A stretch of DNA of 36,034 nucleotides from Candidatus Sigynarchaeum calidifontis. Lineage in GTDB: Archaea > Asgardarchaeota > Lokiarchaeia > Sigyniarchaeales > Sigyniarchaeaceae. The stretch spans positions 1-36,034 of the forward strand of contig JAUQYZ020000232.1 in assembly GCA_030587475.2 (NCBI GenBank), written 5' to 3'. This document shows, piece by piece, positions 25,808 through 34,390 of this stretch (its first letter is position 1; the number at the start of each line of letters is the position of its first letter). Below the pieces are notes generated by a model. The model was not told the DNA's origin. It made no database searches and saw only the letters and a list, made by a program, of their open reading frames with translations. A program made the translations under genes and the position numbers.

Positions 25808-28024
25808 ATGTCATTCACGCCACTTCCGTTCTCGGCAATCGTGGGCCAGGAACAGATGAAGGTCGGGCTCCTCTTGAACGTGATCGACCCGTTCATCGGC
25901 GGGGTGCTTTTAACTGGCCATCAAGGCACGGGGAAGAGTACCGCCGTTCGCGCCCTGGTCGACATCCTCCCGGATATCGAGGTTGTCAAGGGATGCCCCT
26001 TCAATTGCGACCCGCATTGGCCACAAGAAAAGCTATGCGACTCTTGCAAGGAAATTCTCAAGAAGGAGGGCAAGCTGCCCGCCATCAAGCGCAAGATGGA
26101 GGTCGTGAACCTTCCTCTCGGCGCGACCGAGGAAATGATCACGGGCACGCTCAACATCGAGCGCGTCATCCGCGAGGGCGCCCGTGCGCTGCAACCAGGT
26201 CTCCTGGCGAAAGCAAACAGGCAAATACTCTACGTTGACGAAATCAACCTTCTCTCGGATCACCTCGTTGACCTATTGCTCGATTCGGCCGCGTCGGGTG
26301 TCAACATCGTGGAGCGCGAGGGCGTATCGTTCGTGCATCCTGCCAAGTTCATTCTCGTGGGCTCCATGAACCCCGAGGAGGGCGAGCTTCGTCCCCAAAT
26401 CTCCGACCGGCTCGGCCTGGCCGTGAACATCATCGCCAGCAAGGATCCCAAGGAGCGTGCTCGCATCTCGAAGATGGTGTTGCAGTTCACTGCCGACACG
26501 GAAAAATTCTACGCGGGATACAAGGAATTGCAAGACAAGCTACGTGTTCAGGTGCAACACGCGAGCGAGATACTGACGCAAGTGGTCATTCCCGATAGTT
26601 TTTACGAGGGCGTGTCCAAGCTCATCGCAGAACTCGGCATCATCTCGCACCGGGCCGACATCGTTTTCGTGCGATGTGCCCGTGCCCACGCTGCACTGCA
26701 AGGCCGCAAGGTCGTCGGTAAGGACGACTTCAAGGTCGCGTTCGACCTTGCCTTGAGCCACCGGCTCCGCAACCTCGCCATGCTCGGCGAGCAACACAAG
26801 GATATCAAGGACCGAGCGCTCGATATCTACGCAAAGATCGAGGAGGCCATCGAGAACGAGGACGTCTACAAGCCGGGTAACCAGGAAGGCCCCCTCAAGC
26901 ACTCGAAAAAACAGCAAGACAAGATGGAGATCACGCCCCTCAAGGACGAGCACCCGGAACTGCCTGAACCCGAAGAGGAACAGCGCACCGATAGCAGCGA
27001 AGAGAAACTTCCTGAAGATGCTCAACCTGGGGAGGGGATGCGTGTCCATTACATTCCAGGCGATGAAGACTTCAAGGTCGAGATCGCCGAGAACGTGAAG
27101 CGGACGAACAAGAAAGTCCTCGACATCATGCGTATCCTCAAGCAGCAGAAGTATGCTGCATCGGGACTTTCCCACGGCAAGCGGGTGAAGATCATCTCGC
27201 GCCATTCGGGCAGGTACGTGACCTTCCGCAACCCGCCGCCCCGCACGCGACCAAACTCGATCGCCCTCGATGCCACGCTCAAGTACAGCATCATCGACCA
27301 GGGCATCCAGGGTGCGTACTGCGGTAAAGACTCCCCGGCGTCGTGTACGGTCGTGCCTTTGCCCTTGAACTTGCCCAAGTCTTGCATCAAGGAACGTGTC
27401 TTCGAATTCAAGGCCCCGCTCTCCATGTATTTCGTGCTCGATGCGTCAGCATCCATGTCCGGTACTTTATTCCAGATGAAGCAAGTCATCGACTCGTTGC
27501 ACCAGGAGGGTTACAAGAAAAAGGACAAGGTGGCCGTCGTCATGTTCCGGGGCAAGAATGCACACGTGATTCAAAAGCCGAGCGTGAACCTCGAAGCGAT
27601 CTCGAAAAAACTCGGGAATATACAAGGCACGTCGTACACGCCCTTAGCCGAAGGAGTGGAGAAGGTCCTGGAGATGATCCGCATCGAGCGCATCAAGGAT
27701 CCAAATGCGATTCCTGTCATGATCATCGTGTCCGATTGCGGGGCCAACATCTCCAAGAAATATCCGGGGCTTGTCGCCCAGGTGCAGGAAGATTACGAGC
27801 TAATCGTAAAGGAGATGCATGAAATCGCGACGAAAATTGGCAAGGTGCGCAACATGAAAACACTCGTCGTCTTGCCAAAGAAAAGCTATGCCTTGCGCAA
27901 CGTGGGCATCAATCCCTTCGTGCAGACGTCGATCCTCGAATCCCTCAAGGAGAAAGCACACGCGGTGATCTTCGAGTTCTCGGGTGTTGACGATACCAGG
28001 ATTCTGCTCAAGGAAATGGCTTGA
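25808..28024 (+). CDS. Chelatase ChlI/ChlD-like AAA+ ATPase with an acidic linker and C-terminal vWA domain
   Basis: [10 protein letters not shown], Walker [17 protein letters not shown], Walker [30 protein letters not shown] linker, MIDAS DASAS...TPL...SD. Confidence 0.9.
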   Translation: MSFTPLPFSAIVGQEQMKVGLLLNVIDPFIGGVLLTGHQGTGKSTAVRALVDILPDIEVVKGCPFNCDPHWPQEKLCDSCKEILKKEGKLPAIKRKMEVVNLPLGATEEMITGTLNIERVIREGARALQPGLLAKANRQILYVDEINLLSDHLVDLLLDSAASGVNIVEREGVSFVHPAKFILVGSMNPEEGELRPQISDRLGLAVNIIASKDPKERARISKMVLQFTADTEKFYAGYKELQDKLRVQVQHASEILTQVVIPDSFYEGVSKLIAELGIISHRADIVFVRCARAHAALQGRKVVGKDDFKVAFDLALSHRLRNLAMLGEQHKDIKDRALDIYAKIEEAIENEDVYKPGNQEGPLKHSKKQQDKMEITPLKDEHPELPEPEEEQRTDSSEEKLPEDAQPGEGMRVHYIPGDEDFKVEIAENVKRTNKKVLDIMRILKQQKYAASGLSHGKRVKIISRHSGRYVTFRNPPPRTRPNSIALDATLKYSIIDQGIQGAYCGKDSPASCTVVPLPLNLPKSCIKERVFEFKAPLSMYFVLDASASMSGTLFQMKQVIDSLHQEGYKKKDKVAVVMFRGKNAHVIQKPSVNLEAISKKLGNIQGTSYTPLAEGVEKVLEMIRIERIKDPNAIPVMIIVSDCGANISKKYPGLVAQVQEDYELIVKEMHEIATKIGKVRNMKTLVVLPKKSYALRNVGINPFVQTSILESLKEKAHAVIFEFSGVDDTRILLKEMA

Positions 28025-28049
28025 TCTACCACGAACGCGATGATTTGCA

Positions 28050-28484
28050 ATGATAATCGAACTCGACTGGAAGAATGGCGTTGCCTTCACCGCGAAGGCG
28101 CGGCAATTCACGTTACAGCTCGATGAACCAGAGGACTTCCACGGTACCAACACGGGGCCATCCTCCGCGGAATATCTCGGCACGGCCATCGGCGGATGCC
28201 TCGGTACGTCTTTCGCGTACTGTGCCCAGCACGTGGATCTCCCGCTCAAGTCGATCAAGGTTACCGTGGACGTCGAGCTGCACCACGAGGAGGGGGACGG
28301 GAACGGCAAGAAAGGCCCCCTGCGCATCACGGGCATCGATGCCAACATTGCGGTGACCTTGCAAGACGCCGAAGACGCGGACGTGCTCGACTTGTGCATC
28401 GAATCGTTCAAGAAATACTGCGTGGTTACGCAATCCGTGATGAAGGGGATACCGGTCGACGTCAAGGTAACAAAGCAGGTCTAA
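28050..28484 (+). CDS. OsmC/Ohr family protein
   Basis: LDEPEDFHGTNTGPSSAEYL...GGC and KYCVVTQSV, the two conserved Cys of the OsmC fold. Confidence 0.88.
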   Translation: MIIELDWKNGVAFTAKARQFTLQLDEPEDFHGTNTGPSSAEYLGTAIGGCLGTSFAYCAQHVDLPLKSIKVTVDVELHHEEGDGNGKKGPLRITGIDANIAVTLQDAEDADVLDLCIESFKKYCVVTQSVMKGIPVDVKVTKQV

Positions 28485-28503
28485 TTTCCGGCATGTTTCT
28501 GTC

Positions 28504-29316
28504 CTACCCGAACGTCGAGCGGGTCATGACGAAGACGACCGCGCCGACCACGCCCGTGATGATGGCCGAGACCAGCGCCCGGGTCGTCGACTTGTCGTAG
28601 TACTCGCGATACGCGATGGCGAGCAAGACCGGCAGGTAACCGAAGTAGAACGCGACTTGCACGACGTCCGCGGCGATCCAGACGGGCTGGCTGCGGGGTG
28701 TAAAAAACAAGGCACCAGCCGCAGCGCTAATTGCATTAATATCCGTCGATCCCGGGAGCTGGGGCAAGCCTATCGCGAGGATGGCGACGTATAGCCCCGT
28801 GCAGAGCAGCGCGGGGACGAACGTCCAGTACAGGACGCGTGTCTGCGGCCCCCAGCGAGGCGTGATGTTCAAGACGAACTTCGCGACGATGGTCTGTGCG
28901 ATGATGATGAATCCCCAGAGAATGACGAAGTAGATGAACCCGAGCGCGACGAACATCGCATACAAGGCGAGCCCGTGCATGAAGAGCAGCGGGATCGATG
29001 TGGAGTAGAGGGCTTGCGCGCCCGCCTTGTTGAACAGGACCACGCCGACCAGCCCGAAAAGTGCCATGTTGCCGAACAGCGCAAAGGCACCGCCATCATC
29101 CGTTGGCTTGTGGACGATGTCCCACATTGCCTGGGACGGGCGGATCAGCATCCACTTCACGCGTTCCCAGAATTTCATAGGCTTCCGCCATCGCTCCTCG
29201 TGCCGCGCCAGGAAACCCACGTGGCGCTCGAGCCCCTCGACGATGAGCACGGTGTTGCAGACGTGACACGAATACTGGGTGGACAGTATATCATTTCCGC
29301 ACGTGGGACATCTCAT
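28504..29316 (-). CDS. Yip1-domain membrane protein with an N-terminal zinc ribbon
   Basis: ATG 29316: CPTCG...CHVC, then WERVKWMLIRPSQAMWDIV (typical Yip1 start) and 5 TM helices ending LAIAYREYYDKSTTRALVS. Confidence 0.75.
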   Translation of the reverse strand: MRCPTCGNDILSTQYSCHVCNTVLIVEGLERHVGFLARHEERWRKPMKFWERVKWMLIRPSQAMWDIVHKPTDDGGAFALFGNMALFGLVGVVLFNKAGAQALYSTSIPLLFMHGLALYAMFVALGFIYFVILWGFIIIAQTIVAKFVLNITPRWGPQTRVLYWTFVPALLCTGLYVAILAIGLPQLPGSTDINAISAAAGALFFTPRSQPVWIAADVVQVAFYFGYLPVLLAIAYREYYDKSTTRALVSAIITGVVGAVVFVMTRSTFG

Positions 29317-29723
29317 ATTAACATACCTTCTGGTTATAGAACCGATAGCCGGTTCAATACTATTAATTTTTGTTTCCCTTAAATGAAGCCGAATTGGTAT
29401 CCTTTGATATGTAGACCACGACGAGGTTGGTGAATGGCAAAATCGAGACTCTCGGCCGCTTTGCATCTCTCCAAGTAATGCCGCGCACGTTTAATGTACA
29501 ACTCGCAAAAAGCTTTGTATATAATTTCGTGGACGTTGTTGGTTCGTTTCATCCGTTTCATATTGATCTTTGGCGTGTTGGCTATAAATGGGTACCCGTT
29601 TTACTATGTTGGGCAGCCCGGGCACGCCAGGGGTATGAATAGCAAGGGGCTGCACGGGAGCGCGCGAGCGACACGTATAGAAATTTCGTCCACTGACATG
29701 ATTCATTGCGGACGAATAGGGGA

Positions 29724-29731
29724 GTTTATAA
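29724..29731 (+). promoter_or_regulatory. TATA-like box (GTTTATAA) for the 29762 gene
   Basis: About 30 bp upstream of the ATG, with AAGGTGA SD-like sequence at 29748-29754 and an inverted repeat (29685-29716) just upstream. Confidence 0.5.
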
Positions 29732-29761
29732 CACTATCCGGAAAGTGAAGGTGATCGATCC

Positions 29762-30310
29762 ATGACCGAAACTGCAAGACAAGAGCAAGAAGCGGTCGAC
29801 GGGCTGCCCGTCGACACGGGCACGAAGTTCCCGCTGGACGCGGGGCGTTGCGAGTTGTGCGGCAATTACAAGACGTGGAAATTCAAGGTACAAAATAAAA
29901 AGACCGGAAAGATGATGCCGGGCCACGTGACATCCGATGGTTTCAAGATCGGCGATGGCGACTGCCCCAAATGGGCCAAGATCGCCAAGATGAACGAGAA
30001 GCGTGCTGAAAAAAGGGTGAGCGATGGTGCTTCTGCCCCGGCCCAGCCACGCACGTTGATCGGGGGGATAACGGGCGGGACCGGGGTGGCATCGTCAGCA
30101 ATCTCGCCTGCGGTTGCGTCTAGAGCATCGGTCGTAGCCATGCCAGGAGGAAAGCCGAGCGGGACGCTCGATCCAGCGAGCGCCGAGGCAGGCCACGTGG
30201 TCGCGTTCACGGTCAACGGATTCACGATCACGACGACCGTCGCCGACGCGCTGGCGGTTATCGAGCAAATCGGCGCCGCGATTCGCAAGATTCTCGGTAC
30301 TGGAGCGTGA
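29762..30310 (+). CDS. Hypothetical protein with a C-x2-C-x21-H-x12-C putative Zn site, low-complexity linker and beta-beta-alpha C-domain
   Basis: SD and TATA upstream; CELC...PGH...DCPKW motif; Ala/Gly/Ser/Pro linker. Confidence 0.75.
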   Translation: MTETARQEQEAVDGLPVDTGTKFPLDAGRCELCGNYKTWKFKVQNKKTGKMMPGHVTSDGFKIGDGDCPKWAKIAKMNEKRAEKRVSDGASAPAQPRTLIGGITGGTGVASSAISPAVASRASVVAMPGGKPSGTLDPASAEAGHVVAFTVNGFTITTTVADALAVIEQIGAAIRKILGTGA

Positions 30311-30645
30311 GACCTCTCGATGCTGCGTTCTCTAAAAAAAATGGATCGAACACGTCGCTGCGGCTCATGCGGGATGCGGCTGCCACGCTTCTACAAGGGA
30401 ACGACGTGCTCGATCGGGGGAGCGTGTTGTGCCGCGTGTGCACGCGAATGCGAACGGATCGGCTATTGCCAAGTGAAGTGACCACCTTGATAACGAAGCC
30501 ACCCTACCAGAATTGTTTCTCGTGCCCGCGGAAAAAGCCGAGAAACGACGAGACATGCAGGCGTTGCGCCGAGCAGTCAGCGGGATCGGCCCCACGGTGG
30601 GTCAGGCAGCCCGCATGGCTGGCTGCGAAGTTTCACGACGGGTAA
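30307..30645 (+). CDS. Small Cys-rich hypothetical protein (three CxxC motifs)
   Basis: GTGA start/stop overlap with the previous gene; CRVC, CFSC, CRRC. Confidence 0.5.
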   Translation: MRPLDAAFSKKNGSNTSLRLMRDAAATLLQGNDVLDRGSVLCRVCTRMRTDRLLPSEVTTLITKPPYQNCFSCPRKKPRNDETCRRCAEQSAGSAPRWVRQPAWLAAKFHDG

Positions 30646-30779
30646 CGATGGAACAAACTCGTATTCCTCGTGATCAGCCCCGGACGATGATGAGATTGGA
30701 ACTGCAGGAACGTCCCTTCTTTTATATGACATGGAGCTATTGATAAAGTGTCGAGGCAAAAGCTCGAAACGTGTAGATT

Positions 30780-31319
30780 ATGAGCTCCCAAGAACAAGGA
30801 TGGAAAGAATACGCCGATCCGAGCCCGCTGGTCTTGAAATTCGATTTAAAAAAAGGATCGAAAGATATCAAGCCCGTCATGATCGTGGAAACGAAATATC
30901 GAAAGAAAATCAACGAGCAGATGGGGCTGGTGAAACCAGAATACGTGATCGAAATCCGGCATGAAAAAAACTCGCTCGAACACGCGTTCGGCTTGGGCAT
31001 GGTCTCTGCCGATTCGCCACAAGCAAAGCACGTCAAGCACCTGTCAAGCGCGGAAAAAATCGAAGCCACGCGCAAGTTTTTCATCGATAAAACCAATGAT
31101 GAGCGGCTTGGTCAGCTATTCGGCGCATCTAAGCAAGGAATAGCAGAAATTGTGACATCTATCAACACGGGTAAATTTACTATCGTGAAGGAAGAGAAAA
31201 CGCCCTCCGCGAAGACGGTGAAAGGCACCACCGCGAAAGCGGCGAAAAACGCTACCGCGAAGTCGAGGGACGGTAATCTAGTAAAGAAAGCGAAAAACGC
31301 CCCCAAAAAGAAGAAATGA
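30780..31319 (+). CDS. Hypothetical protein with a Lys/Ala-rich C-terminal tail
   Basis: 179-aa ORF with protein-like composition; 14 Lys in the last 43 residues. Confidence 0.7.
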   Translation: MSSQEQGWKEYADPSPLVLKFDLKKGSKDIKPVMIVETKYRKKINEQMGLVKPEYVIEIRHEKNSLEHAFGLGMVSADSPQAKHVKHLSSAEKIEATRKFFIDKTNDERLGQLFGASKQGIAEIVTSINTGKFTIVKEEKTPSAKTVKGTTAKAAKNATAKSRDGNLVKKAKNAPKKKK

Positions 31320-31349
31320 ACTACCCACGCGAAAAGAGAACCACGGGTT

Positions 31350-31853
31350 TTAAGCGCGCGCCACGAGGCGCTGCTTGATCATGCCGAAAAATACGTCTTG
31401 CACGTTCGTGTTTTCCTTTGCTGAAGTGAGATATAGCGACACGCCGTTTTTTTCAGCGAGCGCTTTGACCGCGGACAGGTCCAATTTGCCTATTTCGACG
31501 AGATCCATCTTATTACCGACGATTGCCCACGTGGGGGGAGTGGGCATAGCGAGCACGTCGGCGATGTAAGTATCCAAATCATGTGCCCCGCTATTGTTTA
31601 AAGCAAAGACGACTAGGACGATATCCGCGTTTTCCAAGCATTTTCGCCGGAACCCACGGAATTCGAGTTGTCCACCGATGTCGTGGATGACCAACTTGCA
31701 CGCCTCGCCTTGAAACTCGACATTCTTTATGTAGATGTCACAACCGATGGTATTCAAGTACGTGTTCGCGAAAAGGTTTCTCGTGTATCTATTCACCAAA
31801 CTGGTCTTGCCGACCGCGTTCGTGCCCACGAGCACGACCTTCAGCCGTATCAT
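31350..31853 (-). CDS. Rab-like small GTPase (Ras superfamily)
   Basis: G1 GTNAVGKTS, G2 YLNTIGCD, G3 DIGGQ, G4 NKMD, G5 TSAK; 167 aa with no prenylation tail. Confidence 0.92.
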   Translation of the reverse strand: MIRLKVVLVGTNAVGKTSLVNRYTRNLFANTYLNTIGCDIYIKNVEFQGEACKLVIHDIGGQLEFRGFRRKCLENADIVLVVFALNNSGAHDLDTYIADVLAMPTPPTWAIVGNKMDLVEIGKLDLSAVKALAEKNGVSLYLTSAKENTNVQDVFFGMIKQRLVARA

Positions 31854-32020
31854 CTTTGTACCCCACTTTCAAGGCGAGCATGATGCTCCATTACCAACCG
31901 GCTCGCCTATGAATGTACCTTGTTCATGCCTTAAGAGTTTATTTCGAGCATGATATAAGATGATTATACGGATACAAGCAGAAACGAGGGCATCAAACAG
32001 ATGCCATGGCTTTCGTTACG

Positions 32021-33553
32021 TCAAGCGACGATCGTGCCATCGCAAGCGAGATCCGCCTTTATCTTGCCTTGGAATATCAGGTCGGCGATGTCTTTAGCCT
32101 TGTCGGCCAGTGCCCGCGAGATGTACCCTTCTTCGACCGCAACATCAAGCTTGTCCTTGTCAATCACCTTCCGCTCGCCTGCCTGGTTTTCCACGACGTC
32201 GATCTCGAGATCCAGGTATTGCAGCTCCCCTGGAAAGACCTGGACGGGCGTCGATATGTTGTAATAGCAGCCAAGAAACGTCCCATCCGCCCGGAAATAC
32301 TTGTTCGTGAGTACGGGGAAATTTTCTTTGACGTAACACGTGCTGTGATCCCCGGGTTTGATGTCGATGCCCTCGAGCCCGTCGTAGAAGGACGTGTGCC
32401 ATGGCTGCGGGTTGAACTCGCGCTCGAGCACGAGCGACACGCACAAGTCGTCCATCCCAGGCACGTTTCCCGACGAGTAGAACGCGTCGACCACCCGGCC
32501 AGGTTTGAGCTTGAACATGTCGCCGTTCGGCTTGTAGTGCATAATCGAAACTATATCGCCTTTCTGTGGCAAGGGAAAGTGCTCGTGGGTGAACGTTGTG
32601 AACGCCTTGGCGATGGACTTTTCGTCGATGACATTTTGGACAAGAAGGTTTTCCACGAAATCGAGGAGATAGTCCGCGTTCCCGATACGAGTCGTCACGA
32701 TCCGCCAGTAATGGTGCCCGGGTATCGTGCGAGTCTTCTGGCCGCGAACCCCGTCCAGGTAATCGAGGGATTGCTTGGAAAAGATTACATCGAGCTGGCC
32801 GATCCCGAGCGGGTCGATGACCAGGCCACGGGGAGCTGACCGCACCTTCTCGCGGATCTCGGCCATCCGGGAGGCGAGCACGTCGAGATCGGCACGGATG
32901 TCGTCCAAACGCGCGTCGCAGCATGAGGTCCGGAATATGATCCCGAAATGGCCGTCGCGCCGGGCGGGATGTCCGGAAGCCATCGCCATGAGCTCTTTTC
33001 TAAGCCCGTGGTCCGTGATGGACTTGGAGAACGTGACCTTGTTCTCGGGAATGAGTACAGCATAGGATCCAGGGCACGTGATCGACCGCGACAAGGTGGG
33101 CTTCTTTTTCCCGGACTTGCTACCTGGTTCCACCACTTGCACGATGACTTCCGTGTCAACCTTGAGATCGGCATCGGGCAAGATGCCGACAATGTTTTCC
33201 TCAGGCGAAAGTAACACGCTATTATAGCCGTATTTTTCGTTCCGCCCCACCACGACGCCCTTGTATATGGCGAACTTGTTGGGCACTGCCTGGATCACGG
33301 CGCAGCCGGGGATCACGTCCGTGCTTAAAGGGAAGTTACTCGCGGCGAGGTTTTCGACCTTCCCCTCCACGACCACGCCGAGCAGGTCCGTGCGGTCGTT
33401 GATCGTGATGTCGGCGGGCTTCGACGACGATGGGACGTGTAACCGCTTCGAGATTTCCCGGGACGGGAAGGTGATCTCGTAACCGCTCGTGCCCGAGAAC
33501 AAGATGCTCAAGGCCGTCGAGTAGATGCCCCGAATCTTGCAGGTCTTGACCAT
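32021..33553 (-). CDS. fau-1: Ribonuclease FAU-1 (RNase E/G-like region plus DUF402)
   Basis: N-terminal KIRGIYSTAL signature, S1-like region, GIIFRT, IPGHH, C-terminal YYNISTPV...YLDLEIDVV. ATG 33553, with TTTTTAA about 30 bp upstream on the minus strand. Confidence 0.88.
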   Translation of the reverse strand: MVKTCKIRGIYSTALSILFSGTSGYEITFPSREISKRLHVPSSSKPADITINDRTDLLGVVVEGKVENLAASNFPLSTDVIPGCAVIQAVPNKFAIYKGVVVGRNEKYGYNSVLLSPEENIVGILPDADLKVDTEVIVQVVEPGSKSGKKKPTLSRSITCPGSYAVLIPENKVTFSKSITDHGLRKELMAMASGHPARRDGHFGIIFRTSCCDARLDDIRADLDVLASRMAEIREKVRSAPRGLVIDPLGIGQLDVIFSKQSLDYLDGVRGQKTRTIPGHHYWRIVTTRIGNADYLLDFVENLLVQNVIDEKSIAKAFTTFTHEHFPLPQKGDIVSIMHYKPNGDMFKLKPGRVVDAFYSSGNVPGMDDLCVSLVLEREFNPQPWHTSFYDGLEGIDIKPGDHSTCYVKENFPVLTNKYFRADGTFLGCYYNISTPVQVFPGELQYLDLEIDVVENQAGERKVIDKDKLDVAVEEGYISRALADKAKDIADLIFQGKIKADLACDGTIVA

Positions 33554-34110
33554 GGCCAACACTTGATGCCGTGAACGAGGACGTTAAAAACTTGCCTTGT
33601 GGAGAGGCGCGAGGCCAGCGCGGGACTGGCGAGGATACCGCAGCGGCCGTCCGGCGCGGTCTCGAAATTCCGTCGGCACGGCGAGGGGGGCTTTTCCCGT
33701 CCGGTCGCGTATCACCTTCCGACATAAATGTCTTGGTACGGGATGACGGGATGAGAGCTTGGGAAGAAGATTTTAATATTACGTCGGTAATACATCAGCT
33801 ACTCGTCAATCTACCGCTGGAATGGGTACCACGCCGACGCTTTCGAAGCGGGGTCGTTTTCCACCCCGACAAAAAGAATCCGCCGACGCTTCAGAAATTC
33901 AGCGCTCCCTCTCGTCGTATATGGGGGTGTGCAGGAATGATAACCATAGAGCAAGAAGTAAAAACACGACCGATCGAACAACAACGAGCTAACAATTCGT
34001 TTCAAATGCAACCGGGGATAGATTGATAGCACCAGACGAGGCTTTCACGCGTTGCCGTTATTAACGAGGCAACAAACAATCACCAGTTCATTCAATGGGA
34101 AGGATGCACT

Positions 34111-34368
34111 ATGGCAAACACCTTAGAACTTTTCAGCACGAAGGAATGCCCGAAATGCGCAAAACTCGGGGAGTATCTCAACAAGATGGGCATACAGTAC
34201 ACGAAACGCATGATCGACGCGGATCCGGAAGCGGAAACCGACGCGCTCATGCTCGATATCATTTCAGCGCCCGCGTTGAAGAAGGGTAGCCTTGTCCTTC
34301 GCACCAAGGACATGTTCCTCAAGGACCAGATTATCGAGGAAAAACTACGCAAGTTCATCAGCAATTGA
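34111..34368 (+). CDS. nrdH: Glutaredoxin-like NrdH-redoxin
   Basis: 85 aa, CPKC active site, cis-Pro SAPAL motif; directly upstream of nrdD. Confidence 0.8.
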   Translation: MANTLELFSTKECPKCAKLGEYLNKMGIQYTKRMIDADPEAETDALMLDIISAPALKKGSLVLRTKDMFLKDQIIEEKLRKFISN

Positions 34369-34390
34369 ATTGCATCAAGGAGGGATCATT

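Noticed and set aside
33911-33930. Possible NrdR box (cgtatatggggg) upstream of nrdHD
   Set aside because: Only a weak half-match to the bacterial consensus, no tandem copy, and no nrdR in the window.
33571-34026. 151-aa ORF in the fau-1/nrdH gap
   Set aside because: GTG start, no recognisable motif, atypical codon usage, and it overlaps the likely fau-1 promoter.
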